Assembly: GCA_001302245.1 (NCBI GenBank)
Contig: LGYU01000015.1
Coordinates: forward strand, 96,744-160,743
DNA: 64,000 bases
Direction of reading: 5' to 3'
From: Chitinophagaceae bacterium PMP191F
GTDB taxonomy: Bacteria; Bacteroidota; Bacteroidia; Chitinophagales; Chitinophagaceae
The position numbers and the translations under genes are program-made. The notes under the pieces are model-generated. The model did no database searches. It was not told where the DNA came from and worked only from the letters and a program-made list of their open reading frames with translations. Shown here piece by piece: positions 10,426 through 20,310 of this stretch. Each line of letters opens with the position of its first letter. Within the stretch, counting starts at the first letter, position 1.

Positions 10426-10767
10426 TTGAACAAATATCCCGTCATAAAAAGTGTCATAACCAGCTTGTTGCTGTTGCTTTTTGCATTCAGTATCATGCCG
10501 AAGAAAACACTGCACGACTGGCTTGTTGATCACAAGGATCAGTCGGGTATGCACGTAAAGGCGGGAGAGGCATTGCTGAATAAAACCGGCTTTAATTGTA
10601 ATTGTGAAAGCCTGGTGGCAGAATCGCCTTTTACGGCTACATCAGATCCTATAATTATTCAGGTTATCAGCCTGGTATTGCCCGAACATATTTGTGGCAA
10701 ACTTCCTGCACTCTATTCCTGCACTTATTTCTTTTTTGAGCACAGAGGTCCTCCGGTAACAGTCTGA
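10426..10767 (+). CDS. Hypothetical small secreted or membrane protein upstream of a TonB-dependent receptor
   Basis: 113 aa. Hydrophobic N-terminus SVITSLLLLLFAFSIM and a Cys-containing segment NCNCESL. No recognisable domain. It could be spurious. Confidence 0.3.
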   Translation: MNKYPVIKSVITSLLLLLFAFSIMPKKTLHDWLVDHKDQSGMHVKAGEALLNKTGFNCNCESLVAESPFTATSDPIIIQVISLVLPEHICGKLPALYSCTYFFFEHRGPPVTV

Positions 10768-10899
10768 TTGTTCTTGCGTGTTTTATTGTTTCAGACTTCC
10801 GGCAATGTATTGCTGACAGCCTCAGCGGCTGTAGTGGTGTTGCTGCAAGGCTGATGATTGCGCTGTGATTTTCAACTTCTGAGTATCAAAAAAATTGTA

Positions 10900-13353
10900 A
10901 TGAAAAAGATCATGTTTTTCCTGGCGGTATGCTTACCGTCATTGATGAATGTAGTATATGCCCAGCAACTGACCAATAGTGAAACCACCCCTGTTCCTGT
11001 ATCTGCAACTGATATTGAGAATGTAGTATTATCCGGTAAAATAACCGATGCCAAAACGGGTGAACCCCTGGCCGGCGCTTCGGTATATTTTCCCGATCTG
11101 AAAACCGGAACAGCCGCCAACCGCCAGGGAGAGTATATCATCCGGAATATTCCCAAAGGAAGGTATTTGCTGGAAGTAAGCTTCCTGGGATATGCTTCTT
11201 ATACGGAAACCGTTGATCTGACAGGTAATGTAAAAAAGGACTTTTCATTAAAAATATCTTCTGTGGAGAACGATGCGGTAACTGTAACCGGCGTTTCTTC
11301 TGCCACTTCTGTAAAAAGAACACCTATCCCGGTAAGCATATTGAAAAAAACAGATCTGCTGGCAGGTGTATCTACCAACCTGATAGATGCGTTGTCGCAT
11401 ACACCGGGCGTGTCCCAGATCTCTACCGGTCCGGCTATTTCAAAGCCAGTGATCAGGGGTTTGGGCTACAACCGTGTGGTGGTAGTAAATGACGGTATCC
11501 GCCAGGAAGGACAACAGTGGGGTGATGAGCATGGTATTGAGATTGATGAATTTAATGTAAGCAAGGCTGAAGTATTGAAAGGCCCTGCTTCACTGATGTA
11601 CGGAAGCGATGCGCTGGCCGGTGTAGTGAATATCATTTCTATTCAACCTGCAGATGAAGGCACTATTAAAGGCAATGTGTTTGGTACTTATCAAACCAAT
11701 AACAGGATGCGTGGTGTGCATGCTGATATCGGTGGCAACCAGAACGGTTTTATCTGGGGTGTATATGGTTCTTACAAAGCAGCGGCTGATTACAAGAACA
11801 AATACGATGGTTATGTATTCAACTCCAAATTCAATGAGAAGGATTTTGGTGGTTACATCGGTATCAATAAACACTGGGGCTTCAGCCACCTGTATGCCAG
11901 CAATTTTGACCAGCACCTGGGATTGGTAGAAGGTGATCGTGATGATGCTACGGGCAAATTCACAAAAGCTGTAAACAATGGTGGTATAGAAGATGAAGAA
12001 ATAGCTACTGATAAAGATTTTAAATCAACAGATCCGTTTATTCCCCGTCAGCGTATTCAGCATTTTAAAATAGCTACTGATAACAGCTTTAATATCGGTA
12101 AAGACAGGCTGACACTTACTGTAGGATACCAGCGCAACCAGCGCCAGGAGTTTGGCGATGTGCTGGTGCCTGATCAGAAAGACCTGTATTTTGATCTGAA
12201 GACGGTGAACTATAATGTACAATATCACCTGGCTGAAAAAAATAACTGGAAAACTACTATTGGTGTTAATGGTATGCAACAAACCAATACCAATAAAGGT
12301 GTCGAGGCCCTGATCCCGGATTATTCACTGTTTGATATTGGTGCATTTGTATACACGCAGAAAAAAATTGATAAGCTGACCCTGAGTGGTGGCATCCGTT
12401 ACGACAATCGTTCTGTTAACGCCAAACAGATGGAAGATGGTGGCGATATCAAGTTTGAGCATTTTACCAAAGACTTCCACAATGTGTCTGGTAGCGCAGG
12501 ACTTAGTTATGAAGCTACCAAAGCGGTGACTTTTAAATTGAATGTGGCCAAAGGCTTCCGTGCACCAAGTATACCTGAGCTGGCCAGCAATGGCGCACAT
12601 GAAGGCACTAATCGTTATGAATACGGCGAACAGGATCTGAAGTCTGAAAACAGTTGGCAGATAGACGGTGGTGTGGAAGTTGGTACAGAACATGTATCAA
12701 TGTCAGTGAGCCTGTTCTATAACCACGTGAACAACTTCATTTATTATAGAAAACTGTCTTCTGTGTTTGGGGGTGATTCCATTATTGTAGATGGAACCAA
12801 TAACCTGTATGCTTTCCGTTTTTCACAGAACAATGCCAACCTGTATGGTGTTGAAGCCAACTTGGATATTCACCCGCATCCGCTGGACTGGTTGCATATT
12901 GAAAACACCTTCTCTTATGTACGTGGCGTATTGAGCCAGAAACAAGACGGCAGCGATAACCTGCCCTTTATTCCGGCTGCCCGCCTGATTAACCAGGTAA
13001 GAGGTGATTTCTTTAAAAAGGGAAAATCTGCCCGGAATATCTATCTGAAAGTGGAACTGGATAACACGTTTGCACAGAACAATCCGTTTACCGGTTTTAA
13101 TACAGAAACTGCTACATCGGGTTACAGCCTGTTGAACGCAGGTATTGGTGGTGATTTTGTATCAAAGGGTAAAACCTTGTTCAGCCTGTACCTGGGTGCC
13201 AACAATATCAGTGATGTTGCTTACCAGAACCACCTGAGCAGGTTGAAATATACTGCTGAGAACCTGGTTACCGGTCGTACGGGCGTGTTTGCTATGGGCC
13301 GTAACTTCAGCATTAAACTGAATGTGCCTTTATCATTCGCAACCGGTAAATAA
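10900..13353 (+). CDS. TonB-dependent outer-membrane receptor with an N-terminal carboxypeptidase-regulatory-like domain; no SusD partner
   Basis: Signal peptide at ATG 10900; the track ORF begins at TTG 10858. Has a CarbopepD_reg-like segment (GKITDAKTGEPLAGASVYFPD), a plug domain, a 22-strand-type barrel, and the aromatic C-terminus ...FSIKLNVPLSF. No susD follows it. Confidence 0.85.
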   Translation: MKKIMFFLAVCLPSLMNVVYAQQLTNSETTPVPVSATDIENVVLSGKITDAKTGEPLAGASVYFPDLKTGTAANRQGEYIIRNIPKGRYLLEVSFLGYASYTETVDLTGNVKKDFSLKISSVENDAVTVTGVSSATSVKRTPIPVSILKKTDLLAGVSTNLIDALSHTPGVSQISTGPAISKPVIRGLGYNRVVVVNDGIRQEGQQWGDEHGIEIDEFNVSKAEVLKGPASLMYGSDALAGVVNIISIQPADEGTIKGNVFGTYQTNNRMRGVHADIGGNQNGFIWGVYGSYKAAADYKNKYDGYVFNSKFNEKDFGGYIGINKHWGFSHLYASNFDQHLGLVEGDRDDATGKFTKAVNNGGIEDEEIATDKDFKSTDPFIPRQRIQHFKIATDNSFNIGKDRLTLTVGYQRNQRQEFGDVLVPDQKDLYFDLKTVNYNVQYHLAEKNNWKTTIGVNGMQQTNTNKGVEALIPDYSLFDIGAFVYTQKKIDKLTLSGGIRYDNRSVNAKQMEDGGDIKFEHFTKDFHNVSGSAGLSYEATKAVTFKLNVAKGFRAPSIPELASNGAHEGTNRYEYGEQDLKSENSWQIDGGVEVGTEHVSMSVSLFYNHVNNFIYYRKLSSVFGGDSIIVDGTNNLYAFRFSQNNANLYGVEANLDIHPHPLDWLHIENTFSYVRGVLSQKQDGSDNLPFIPAARLINQVRGDFFKKGKSARNIYLKVELDNTFAQNNPFTGFNTETATSGYSLLNAGIGGDFVSKGKTLFSLYLGANNISDVAYQNHLSRLKYTAENLVTGRTGVFAMGRNFSIKLNVPLSFATGK

Positions 13354-13449
13354 CCGGTCGTTGAACAACAGGTACATAATAATTGTAATATAAACGGCGT
13401 TAGTAATGTATACATGGCTTACTAACCCATACATATAGGACTGGATAAG

Positions 13450-13473
13450 GCCCCGCTACGGCGGGGCTTTTTT
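13450..13473 (+). terminator. Strong Rho-independent terminator after the TonB-dependent receptor
   Basis: gccccgc-tacg-gcggggc hairpin followed by T6. Confidence 0.7.
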
Positions 13474-13551
13474 GTTGTATGGGCTGATAGTTTGTTGATT
13501 GTCTGTTCCTCATAATCCGTAACGTTGTATTTTAGCCTGTAAACCCTTATC

Positions 13552-14007
13552 ATGGAACTGTCTATCACCACACCTGCATTGCTGTTTCCTGCCATCTCAT
13601 TATTGATGCTGGCCTATACCAACCGTTTTCTGGCACTTGCCAGCCTGATCCGTAACCTGCATGAAAAATATCAGAAAGATGCCAACCAGAAACATATTGT
13701 AGAACAGATCCGCAACCTGCGCACACGCATACGGCTTATACGTTCCATGCAGGCATCTGGTGTAGTGAGTTTCCTGTTCTGCGTGGTTTGTATGTTCTGT
13801 ATATTCAGAGGATGGAATGAGGCTGCTTATGTGATCTTTGCATTCAGCATTATTGCCTTTGTTATTTCACTGGTGCTTTCCCTGGTGGAAATTACATTGA
13901 GCACACGTGCGCTGGAAGTAGCGCTACGCGATATTGAGGAACTGACAAATGACAGGAACCTGTTTGTAAATATTCTCAGGTCAAAAGAAGACAGAGCAGA
14001 TCACTGA
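13552..14007 (+). CDS. DUF2721-like membrane protein
   Basis: 151 aa. The N-terminal TM ALLFPAISLLMLAYTNRFLALASLIRNLHEK is typical of DUF2721. Two more TM segments follow. Confidence 0.5.
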   Translation: MELSITTPALLFPAISLLMLAYTNRFLALASLIRNLHEKYQKDANQKHIVEQIRNLRTRIRLIRSMQASGVVSFLFCVVCMFCIFRGWNEAAYVIFAFSIIAFVISLVLSLVEITLSTRALEVALRDIEELTNDRNLFVNILRSKEDRADH

Positions 14008-14471
14008 TCCTGCTGCTTGTTGTCTTTGTAATAAGAACCGGTTTCATAATCGAAGGTGCTTACCTTCGTCTCCTTATAATGAGGATCATACCGTACAAAG
14101 AAGTACAGGTAAATAACTCGGCTGATGCGCATCAGCCAGGGCTGCATTACGATTAATAAAATAATATTAAGACCCAGCCACCAGAAGAAACGGTTATCAG
14201 AGGTAGACATACCGATAAGCACATACCAGGCAACAAAGCTTGCTACTGAAAGTGCTACCGACAACGCATAGCTTACATAACCGGTACCATACCAGAAACC
14301 AACCTCCAGTTCATAAGGCTGGCTGCATTCGGGGCATTTTTCCGGCATGTCAAATACCTTCTTCAGGTTCCAGGGATTCTTATTGTTGAACATGGGCCCT
14401 CTTCTGCAACGCGGGCATTTCATAGTAAGGATACTCCAGAAGTAATTCGGTTTTGAAGTTTCTTTGGCCAT
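14001..14471 (-). CDS. DUF983-like membrane protein with a zinc ribbon
   Basis: CPRCRRG...CPECSQP double-CxxC followed by two TM helices. The stop overlaps the 3' end of the DUF2721 gene (convergent). Confidence 0.5.
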   Translation of the reverse strand: MAKETSKPNYFWSILTMKCPRCRRGPMFNNKNPWNLKKVFDMPEKCPECSQPYELEVGFWYGTGYVSYALSVALSVASFVAWYVLIGMSTSDNRFFWWLGLNIILLIVMQPWLMRISRVIYLYFFVRYDPHYKETKVSTFDYETGSYYKDNKQQDQ

Positions 14472-14532
14472 GTAACAAAAAAATGAACTGCAAAGTTACA
14501 AAAATCGCATCAGAAAGGTGTCCCGGTCATTA

Positions 14533-16323
14533 TCATGCAACAATGCCGGTTTTCTTACGTTCACCGATCTGTTGCCGCCACATTGCGTAATAAAGTCCTT
14601 TTTCTGCCAGCAGACTTTCATGCGTGCCTGTTTCCACCACATCGCCTTTTTCCAGTACATAAATACGGTCGGCATGCATAATGGTAGAAAGACGGTGTGC
14701 AATCAGGATCGTGATCTGATCGCGTTGCGATGAAACTTCTTTGATGGTATTGGTGATCTCTTCTTCGGTCAGTGAATCAAGTGCAGATGTTGCTTCGTCA
14801 AAGATCAGCAGCCTGGGGTGCCGCAATAAAGCACGTGCAATGGACAGGCGTTGTTTTTCACCACCGGAAAGTTTTAGTCCTCCTTCACCAATCATAGTAT
14901 CCAATCCTTTTTCAGCACGTGACAGCAGGTTCTGACACGATGCCTGGCTCAGTACATGCATCAGGTCTTCTTCAGTTGCAGCAGGATTGACAAACATCAG
15001 GTTCTCTTTAATGGTACCAGAGAACAACTGTGTATCTTGTGTTACAAATCCGATCTGGTTGCGGAGATCTTCAAAATTGATGGAGGTTTCATCAATACCG
15101 TTGTATAATATTTTACCCTGCTGCGGGCGATACAAACCAACCAGCAGTTTCATCAGTGTTGTTTTGCCTGATCCTGATGGACCTACAAATGCAATGGTTT
15201 CTCCTATACGGGCAGAAAAATTAATATTGTCAATGGCACGTTGACGTGCTGTCTGATGTTTAAAGCCAACTTCGTTAAACTCCAGTGTCTGCACAGGGCC
15301 CAGATGCCTGGCATTTACAGGTTGTTGTTCGGGCTTTTTATTCATCAGGTTGTTGAAGTTGTTGAGGGAAGCTTCTGCCTCGCGGTAAGCCAGCAGGATA
15401 TTACCAATTTCCTGTAATGGTCCGAATACAAAGAAGGAATAGATCTGCATGGTTACGAGCTGACCTGCATCCATTCTGTGCCGGAAGATGAGCCACATCA
15501 GTATGAACAGGATCACCTGGCGCAACGTATTTACAAAGGTGCCCTGTACAAAGCTGATACTGCGTATACGTTTTACTTTGGTCAGCTCAAGTCCTAATAT
15601 TTTGTAGGTATTCTTGTTCAGTCGTTCTACTTCCTGGTGAGTAAGTCCAAGACTTTTTACCAGTTCAATATTTCTTAATGATTCTGTGGTAGAACCTGCC
15701 AGTGCAGTTGTTTGTGCAACAATGGTCTTTTGAATACTTTTTACTTTTTTACTCAGCACATTGGTGATGAGCGTAAGCAGAACGATACCTACAAAATAAG
15801 CCAGCGGTACGGTCCAGTGGATCCAGATGCCGGCATAGATACATACAAACAATACACCCACAATGACACTGAACAACACATTGATCATATAATTCATAAA
15901 CCGTTCTGTATCGGTACGTACCTTTTGCAGAATGCTCAGGGTTTCACCGCTCCGCTGATCTTCAAACTCCTGGTAAGGTAGTTTCATGGCATGTTTCAAG
16001 CCGTCTGTAAATACTTTGGCGCCAAATTTCTGAATGATAACATTCAGGAAATAATCCTGGAAGTTTTTGGCAATACGGCTGACCATGGCAACCGACATGG
16101 ACAATATGATGATCATTACAACGCCGGGAGATTTCCAGGAAAATGACCAGAAATAATCAATCCCGGGTGCCAGTTTGTGCTCTATATAGTGAGTGGCCAG
16201 GCTAACCAGTCTGCCAAAAAGAATGGGGTCAATTAAAGAGACCCCTGTATTGATAGCCGTCAGCAGCATGGTTAATGCAACCAGCCAGCGATAGGGTTTG
16301 AGATACGTGAATAATATTTTCAT
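14533..16323 (-). CDS. ABC transporter ATP-binding/permease fusion, MsbA-like exporter
   Basis: Six-TM N-terminal domain. Walker A GPSGSGKTT, ABC signature LSGGEKQRLSIARAL, Walker B LLIFDEATSALD. The preferred ATG is at 16323 (MKILFTYLKPYRW); the track start at 16374 is TTG. Confidence 0.85.
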   Translation of the reverse strand: MKILFTYLKPYRWLVALTMLLTAINTGVSLIDPILFGRLVSLATHYIEHKLAPGIDYFWSFSWKSPGVVMIIILSMSVAMVSRIAKNFQDYFLNVIIQKFGAKVFTDGLKHAMKLPYQEFEDQRSGETLSILQKVRTDTERFMNYMINVLFSVIVGVLFVCIYAGIWIHWTVPLAYFVGIVLLTLITNVLSKKVKSIQKTIVAQTTALAGSTTESLRNIELVKSLGLTHQEVERLNKNTYKILGLELTKVKRIRSISFVQGTFVNTLRQVILFILMWLIFRHRMDAGQLVTMQIYSFFVFGPLQEIGNILLAYREAEASLNNFNNLMNKKPEQQPVNARHLGPVQTLEFNEVGFKHQTARQRAIDNINFSARIGETIAFVGPSGSGKTTLMKLLVGLYRPQQGKILYNGIDETSINFEDLRNQIGFVTQDTQLFSGTIKENLMFVNPAATEEDLMHVLSQASCQNLLSRAEKGLDTMIGEGGLKLSGGEKQRLSIARALLRHPRLLIFDEATSALDSLTEEEITNTIKEVSSQRDQITILIAHRLSTIMHADRIYVLEKGDVVETGTHESLLAEKGLYYAMWRQQIGERKKTGIVA

Positions 16324-16405
16324 ATACCAGATAACAGTTGAACCTACAGGAAGTTTAAAGCAAATACTGTACAAGTTCGGTAAAAATGATAAAAAATAGG
16401 TGGTG

Positions 16406-17707
16406 TTAACGGGCTCTTTTGCCTGTTAACAGCGGACTTTGAGTGTTCAGAAAAAACAGGGTGTTGAAAAAAGCAAAGTAAAATACGCCTTTGTTACCCT
16501 CCAGTAAATTGTCGATCAGGCATATGCCGGTAGCAACTACCAGGAAGGTAACATACAGGAAGTTACGTGATCTGAAGGCATGGTAAAAGGAAAATATCAT
16601 GGTCAGCAGAAATGCTGCCAGGCCGAAAATGCCACTTTTAAGGGCAAATGCTAGGAACTGGTTATGTGAATCATACCCCTGCCCAAGCGTAACCGTTAAG
16701 CCCAGTTTTTCATAACGCTGGAATAATACGCGTTTTTCACTGCCTGTTCCATACCCGAATACAGGATTTTCCTTTACCAACTGACAACCGGCCACCCAGC
16801 GTTCAATACGTGCACCATCATTTTTCATCAGATCATGTTGTGTGGCAGAATCCGGGTGCCTGATGAAATCAATCAGCTGTGCCAGTTTTACATCCTTGTC
16901 TACATGACTGGTAAAACGGCTTTCGAGGTAATTGCTGCTGGTAAAAAAGTAACCCAGCAATGCTACAATGACACCACCCAGCAATAGCCGGTTAAACCAT
17001 TTTCTTTTTGCTATTTCATAAGGAATGAACAGGATGAGGCACAAGCAGGTTAATGCCAGTACCATTCTTGCTGCCAGCATAAAAAGTGCAATAAAGAACA
17101 CCATAATCAGCAATAACAACAACCCTTTTATGAGTGAGGATCTTGTTTGACTGAAAGAGATGATGATATAGTATAATGCGATGGATGCGTATGCAGAAAG
17201 GAAGGTAGCATGCATATCGATCGGTGCAGAAAAATGGTGATTAAGGTATTGCTCCTGGAACCATCCTGATAATGGAATACCTTCTGAGATCATTTTATAA
17301 ACAAAAAATACCAGCAGGTAGATCAATGCTACAGATATGGATGCGCCGAAGGCTATAAAGATCGCTTTGTTTTTAAAGGGAGTAGGTTCGTAACTGCAAC
17401 AAAGCAATAAAGGTACCAGAATCATGGCCAGTTGTATCTCCAGTACTTTTAATGCCGGTAAAAAGTTATCGGGATAAAAACTGGTGGCTATAGATATTAG
17501 AAAAGTAGATGACAGTATCGCAATATTCTTCCATTGGTTATTCCATTTGGTCTTGCTCCATACCGGAATACAGCTTACCAGGAAAATGATCAGGAAAACC
17601 TGGTTCAATTCTCTTGCAAATGTCAACGTGGCAACAAAGGCCATCATTGCCAATAGCTGGATGCGCTCTTTCCAGGATAGTTTAGAGAATTCGGGGGGTG
17701 CTATCAT
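16406..17707 (-). CDS. O-antigen ligase / polymerase family membrane protein (Wzy_C-like; WaaL or Wzy)
   Basis: 433 aa with about 10 TM helices and a large periplasmic loop. Contains the O-antigen-ligase-type block YDSHNQFLAFALKSGIFG. Lies 31-82 bp downstream of the MsbA-like gene start region on the same strand. Confidence 0.65.
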   Translation of the reverse strand: MIAPPEFSKLSWKERIQLLAMMAFVATLTFARELNQVFLIIFLVSCIPVWSKTKWNNQWKNIAILSSTFLISIATSFYPDNFLPALKVLEIQLAMILVPLLLCCSYEPTPFKNKAIFIAFGASISVALIYLLVFFVYKMISEGIPLSGWFQEQYLNHHFSAPIDMHATFLSAYASIALYYIIISFSQTRSSLIKGLLLLLIMVFFIALFMLAARMVLALTCLCLILFIPYEIAKRKWFNRLLLGGVIVALLGYFFTSSNYLESRFTSHVDKDVKLAQLIDFIRHPDSATQHDLMKNDGARIERWVAGCQLVKENPVFGYGTGSEKRVLFQRYEKLGLTVTLGQGYDSHNQFLAFALKSGIFGLAAFLLTMIFSFYHAFRSRNFLYVTFLVVATGICLIDNLLEGNKGVFYFAFFNTLFFLNTQSPLLTGKRAR

Positions 17708-18498
17708 TTAGGTGTTTTTAGGCGGCGTTTTTGCAACAGGTGTTTTATTGCCAGAAAAATAAAAACAGCGTTTCCAATTGTATACCGCTTCCACATCCGT
17801 TTTGGTTCGTGTAAAAAACGATACAACCACTCAGTACCGGTTTTTTGAAAAAAGACAGGTGCTCTTTTTTTCAAACCGAGATAAAACTCAAATGATGCTC
17901 CAATCAATACCAATATGCAATTGAAGTCAGCTTTTGAAGATAGCAAGGTATGAAGTTTTAGCGCAATTTTTTGTTGTTTGGGATTGGATAATCCAAGGAA
18001 AATAAAGTCTGGCCGGAAGTTCCGGATAATCTCTATTTGCGATAAAACAAACTGCTGAATATACTGGTCGTCATTTTCGTCAAAAAAATCAGGCACACTG
18101 AACTGTATATCCCCGTACTCTTTTTGTAATAGTATACCTATTTTTTCTGATGGCAGAATAAAGAAAGCTTTTTTGTGCTGTGTTTTGATTCTGTTCCACA
18201 GCAGGGGAAATACATCACTGCCGGCAATTCTTTTTCGTAAAGAGGGATTGTAAAATTTACTCAGCCATACAAGCGGCATCCCGTCGGGAAGGATCACTGC
18301 CGAGTGACGCAGAGATTCATAGATATCCTTGTTTTTTGTAAGGAACAAGGTTATGTCAAAAGCATTGGGGGTAATTACAAACTCAATATTGTCGTGAACA
18401 AAAAGTTCCTTTTGACTATTGTCAACCAGGATATCTGCTACTTCCTTTTCACCGGAAGCATTCCAGAAATCGAGACCGAAAAGGTTTACTTTTTGCAT
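17704..18498 (-). CDS. WecB/TagA/CpsF-family glycosyltransferase
   Basis: 264 aa. Family-typical NLFGLDF, NPKQQ and GASFEFYLGLKKRAP segments. 4-bp overlap with the downstream ligase gene. Confidence 0.75.
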   Translation of the reverse strand: MQKVNLFGLDFWNASGEKEVADILVDNSQKELFVHDNIEFVITPNAFDITLFLTKNKDIYESLRHSAVILPDGMPLVWLSKFYNPSLRKRIAGSDVFPLLWNRIKTQHKKAFFILPSEKIGILLQKEYGDIQFSVPDFFDENDDQYIQQFVLSQIEIIRNFRPDFIFLGLSNPKQQKIALKLHTLLSSKADFNCILVLIGASFEFYLGLKKRAPVFFQKTGTEWLYRFLHEPKRMWKRYTIGNAVFIFLAIKHLLQKRRLKTPK

Positions 18499-18522
18499 GG
18501 GCAGGTAAATGTATAAGAATTT

Positions 18523-19467
18523 TTAGAAAGCTATTTTCCAGCCCATATACAGGCCTTTGATGCCGTGTGCAACTGATTTTGGATTCAACTTTGCCCGTAT
18601 AATGGTAATGAGCAGCAAAGAGGCAGTAGCTGTAAGGCTGGCAAAGATGCCAAAATTTTTTCGGGTCATGAAAATGGCAGAGCGATTGTAATTGTAAAAG
18701 AATATATACTTTTTGCCCGCAGTGCTCATACTGCCTTTATGATACACTATGCTTTCAGTAGCGGTAGTATTGATATACGAAAGTTGCTGTGCTCTTAGCT
18801 GCCAGTCTGCTTCTTCAGAATACAGGAAAAAGCGTTCATCCATCAGGCCGATCTGCTCCAGTTTGGAAATATCGGTCAGCAGGCTGGCACCATTCTGGTA
18901 AAAAATATTTCCGGGCATGGGTGGAATATTATTTTTTATAGCTGCCCATTCTTCGTTCTTCAGAAAAAGTTTTGAAACACCCAGGTATTTAAAATGCCGT
19001 ACACCACAGCATTGTACCAGTTGAGGTGTAGTATAGTCCAGCAATACAGAACCGCAGAATGCAATAGCTTCATCTGTCTGTATCTTGCTGATCAGTTTCG
19101 GCAGGCTGTCTGCAATTACTGTAGTATCATTGTTCAGCAACCAGGCATACTGGTACTGTTTTAGTGCAATAAGAAACTTTAGTACGGCATTGTTGGCACC
19201 CGCAAAACCCTGGTTGAAATGATTACTGATCAGTGTTACCTGTTGGCTGGCATTAAAATCCGTGGGTAAAGTGTTAACCGTACAGTATGTATATGATATA
19301 GATGTACTGTCAAAAAAACTTCTTAGCTCAGCTATTGAGTTGTCGGAAGAGGCATTGTCTATAATGAAAAAATGAGCATCCGGTAGTGGATGTACAAAAC
19401 TGTTGAGACATTCTATGGTATCCTTCCATCCGTTCCAGTTCACTATTATGATCGCAGTTTCAGGCAT
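18523..19467 (-). CDS. Glycosyltransferase family 2
   Basis: The N-terminus IIIVNWNGWKDTIECLNS...IIDNASSDNS is classic GT2 (GT-A fold). Confidence 0.75.
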   Translation of the reverse strand: MPETAIIIVNWNGWKDTIECLNSFVHPLPDAHFFIIDNASSDNSIAELRSFFDSTSISYTYCTVNTLPTDFNASQQVTLISNHFNQGFAGANNAVLKFLIALKQYQYAWLLNNDTTVIADSLPKLISKIQTDEAIAFCGSVLLDYTTPQLVQCCGVRHFKYLGVSKLFLKNEEWAAIKNNIPPMPGNIFYQNGASLLTDISKLEQIGLMDERFFLYSEEADWQLRAQQLSYINTTATESIVYHKGSMSTAGKKYIFFYNYNRSAIFMTRKNFGIFASLTATASLLLITIIRAKLNPKSVAHGIKGLYMGWKIAF

Positions 19468-19475
19468 TGAATAGC

Positions 19476-20303
19476 TTAAAAGATATTTAGTAATAATCTT
19501 GTATATAACTTGGAAAGCCTGTAATAATTATAAAGGCGTTGCCGGAAGTTGAGATATGGATGCAGCAGCTTCCTGATCCGTATGCCGTGCAAAGTTAATT
19601 TTTTCCTGTTTGTCATCATGCTGGCATGTCCGAAACGGATGTATGTTTCTGTGCCCGGTTGGGGATCATAATAAAAAAAAGCATCGTTGAGTGCGCATCT
19701 GATCCAGTATTGCCAGTCTTCGTAACTCTTCATCGTTTCATCAAAAAAACCGGTTTTGTCAATCAGCGTTTTTCTGACCAGCGCATTGCTCACCTCCATA
19801 ATATTATCCACCATCAATTGCCGGGTAATGGTTTTACCCTGCCCGGTGATGCGTAAAGGGAAATGATTGGTGCTGTCAGCAGTGGTCTTTCTTTCGCGAT
19901 TGGCATATTGCTGGTTCAGATCGTCATTGAAAAAGAAGACTGAATTACCATATACCAGGTCAACGGTCGGTTTAAGCTGCAGAAGGGCCACCTGCAGCAG
20001 GATCTTTTTTGCATGAATAAGATCATCGCTGTCAAGGAACTGGATGAACTGACCTGATGATTGACGGATACCGTGATTCCTGGCAGCAGATAATCCCTGG
20101 TTGGACTGGTAAAAATAACGGAAACGTGCGTCCTTGTTCACAAAGCCGGCTGCCACAGCAGCGGTGTTGTCTGTAGAACCATCGTCGATGATCAGGCATT
20201 CCCATTGCTGATATTGCTGGGAAAAAATATTCTGCAGGGTTTCACCCAGGTAATGGGCATAGTTATAACAAGGAACAATTATGCTGACCAGCGGATTATC
20301 CAT
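19476..20303 (-). CDS. Glycosyltransferase family 2
   Basis: VSIIVPCYNYAHYLGETLQNI...CLIIDDGSTDNT followed by an FLDSDD-like DxD motif. Confidence 0.8.
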   Translation of the reverse strand: MDNPLVSIIVPCYNYAHYLGETLQNIFSQQYQQWECLIIDDGSTDNTAAVAAGFVNKDARFRYFYQSNQGLSAARNHGIRQSSGQFIQFLDSDDLIHAKKILLQVALLQLKPTVDLVYGNSVFFFNDDLNQQYANRERKTTADSTNHFPLRITGQGKTITRQLMVDNIMEVSNALVRKTLIDKTGFFDETMKSYEDWQYWIRCALNDAFFYYDPQPGTETYIRFGHASMMTNRKKLTLHGIRIRKLLHPYLNFRQRLYNYYRLSKLYTRLLLNIF

Positions 20304-20310
20304 ATAACAG

